Shown: piece by piece, positions 62,721 to 64,000 of the stretch | Position numbering within the stretch: the first letter of the stretch is position 1 | Layout of the letters: each line of letters opens with the position of its first letter | Source: Octopus sinensis | Lineage: Eukaryota | Direction: 5' to 3' | NCBI RefSeq assembly: GCF_006345805.1 | Contig: NC_043000.1 | Coordinates: 38,006,001-38,070,000 of the forward strand | DNA length: 64,000 nucleotides | Position numbers and translations under genes: made by a program | The notes under the pieces: generated by a model | What the model saw: only the letters and a program-made list of their open reading frames with translations | What the model was told of the DNA's origin: nothing | Databases searched by the model: none

Positions 62721-64000
62721 GATAATTGTGTTTTTGTTCTGCTGCTCAAAGGAGTTTTGCTAGTAAGGAGAGAGATTTGTAGAACAAACCATGTTTGTCG
62801 GTTTTGCCGATTGAAAAGAGTGGGAAATCTTCTGTCATATCTTTGATGTCTCTGATAAAATTTTCGCTGTTATTGCGACAAATTATCCTCTAATATGACT
62901 GACAACAGCAAAGTATCTCGCAAAATGCGGAGACCGAATTACGGGTGGATGTGTATGGTCGGGTGCAATAAGCGGTGGAGCTAAACAACAAAAGCGTCCT
63001 CTCTCTTCGGTTTAAAGTCATCGCAATGTAACAAACGTAGCGAAAACAGTCTTTTCAATGTAGTTCCTGATCTATGACGTCCGAAGTCCTTCTGTTTGGT
63101 TCCTTTGTTCTCCCTCTCTGCCTCTGCTTATCTCTCTATCTGTCTATCTCTCTCCCTACCTCTCCATCTATATCTCTGTCTTTCCCTCTCTCTCTCTCTC
63201 TACGTGTCTGACTGTCTGTCTCGCTGTCCTTTTCTCTTTTCTCCATACCGTTTCGTTTTAATTTCTTTATTTCTTCAAACAACAAACTGGTTCTCAGATG
63301 CTTTTGAAAATTCATGTATTTATTTATTTATTTATTTATTTATTCACTATTTATTTATTTATTATGTATTTATTTATTTTTCATGCCGGCCATTTTTATG
63401 CATTGAAGCAAAATATTCAATTTGAAAAAAAAAAAAAAAATTCTTACAAACTTACAACAATAAAAACCTAACTTCTATTAATTTTACATCGCTGTCACAT
63501 GTACAGCTTTAGTTTTCGAAACTTACAATTTGCAACAACTTTTTTTTTGAAAAAACAAAAAGTTTGACAATACAAACCGTCATCAAATATATAACATAAC
63601 ATGATATAACTTAAAGAGCACAATTTCTGACTTCAATTCTAATCCTATTTTCCAGACTATCTGTTCTAATTCGTCGTTCCTACACCATGGAGAATCTGCC
63701 AAACGTTTGGAAAGTGGTTGTCGTCTTTTAGAATATTTGCGTGGATGATTTGTAAAACTCTTACAAGGCTTCCAGTGTACGAAACAACCTCATCAATTCG
63801 ACCATATCCGTTCTTGTTTTTTGTTTTTACATTTAAAATGCCATTATTTTATATTATATTAGATTTTTTTTTTCTCATAATTCAATAAAATTCTTTAGGT
63901 GTCCTCATTTCTCACCGAGCAAAGAAGTTTGTTTAAAAAAATATTTTTTAAAACAAGACCAGTGAATTTTTCTTTCTTTTCATTGAATGCTAAACCATCA

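Overview
This is eukaryotic, AT-rich DNA, very dense in microsatellites and almost entirely interspersed repeats. The SINE, LINE and simple-repeat landscape matches what I recall for Octopus (coleoid cephalopod) genomes; that is recall, not a database match. No host gene could be identified with confidence, and most ORFs in the track are translations of (TA)n, (CA)n or trinucleotide repeats. Supported content: (1) a nearly complete Penelope-like element (RT + GIY-YIG, 3 frameshifts) at 39308-43390 (-); (2) four 5'-truncated R4/Dong-type LINE pieces, three beside (TAA)n tracts, plus two copies of a ~556-bp non-coding repeat beside the same tracts; (3) RTE and CR1-like LINE remnants; (4) a full-length but dead Tc1 transposon, a Tc1 5' fragment, a hAT MITE with an 8-bp TSD and a Helitron-like element; (5) many tRNA-derived SINEs. 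The strongest signal not shown by the ORF track is about 14 minimal type-I hammerhead ribozyme motifs, in terminal repeats from several Penelope-like families. Two have fully canonical cores (44008-44085 and 50521-50603). One family has a fixed non-canonical CUGU-N-GA core, and three long inverted repeats are each built from a pair of hammerhead-bearing units. All ribozyme calls are hand-folded and untested.
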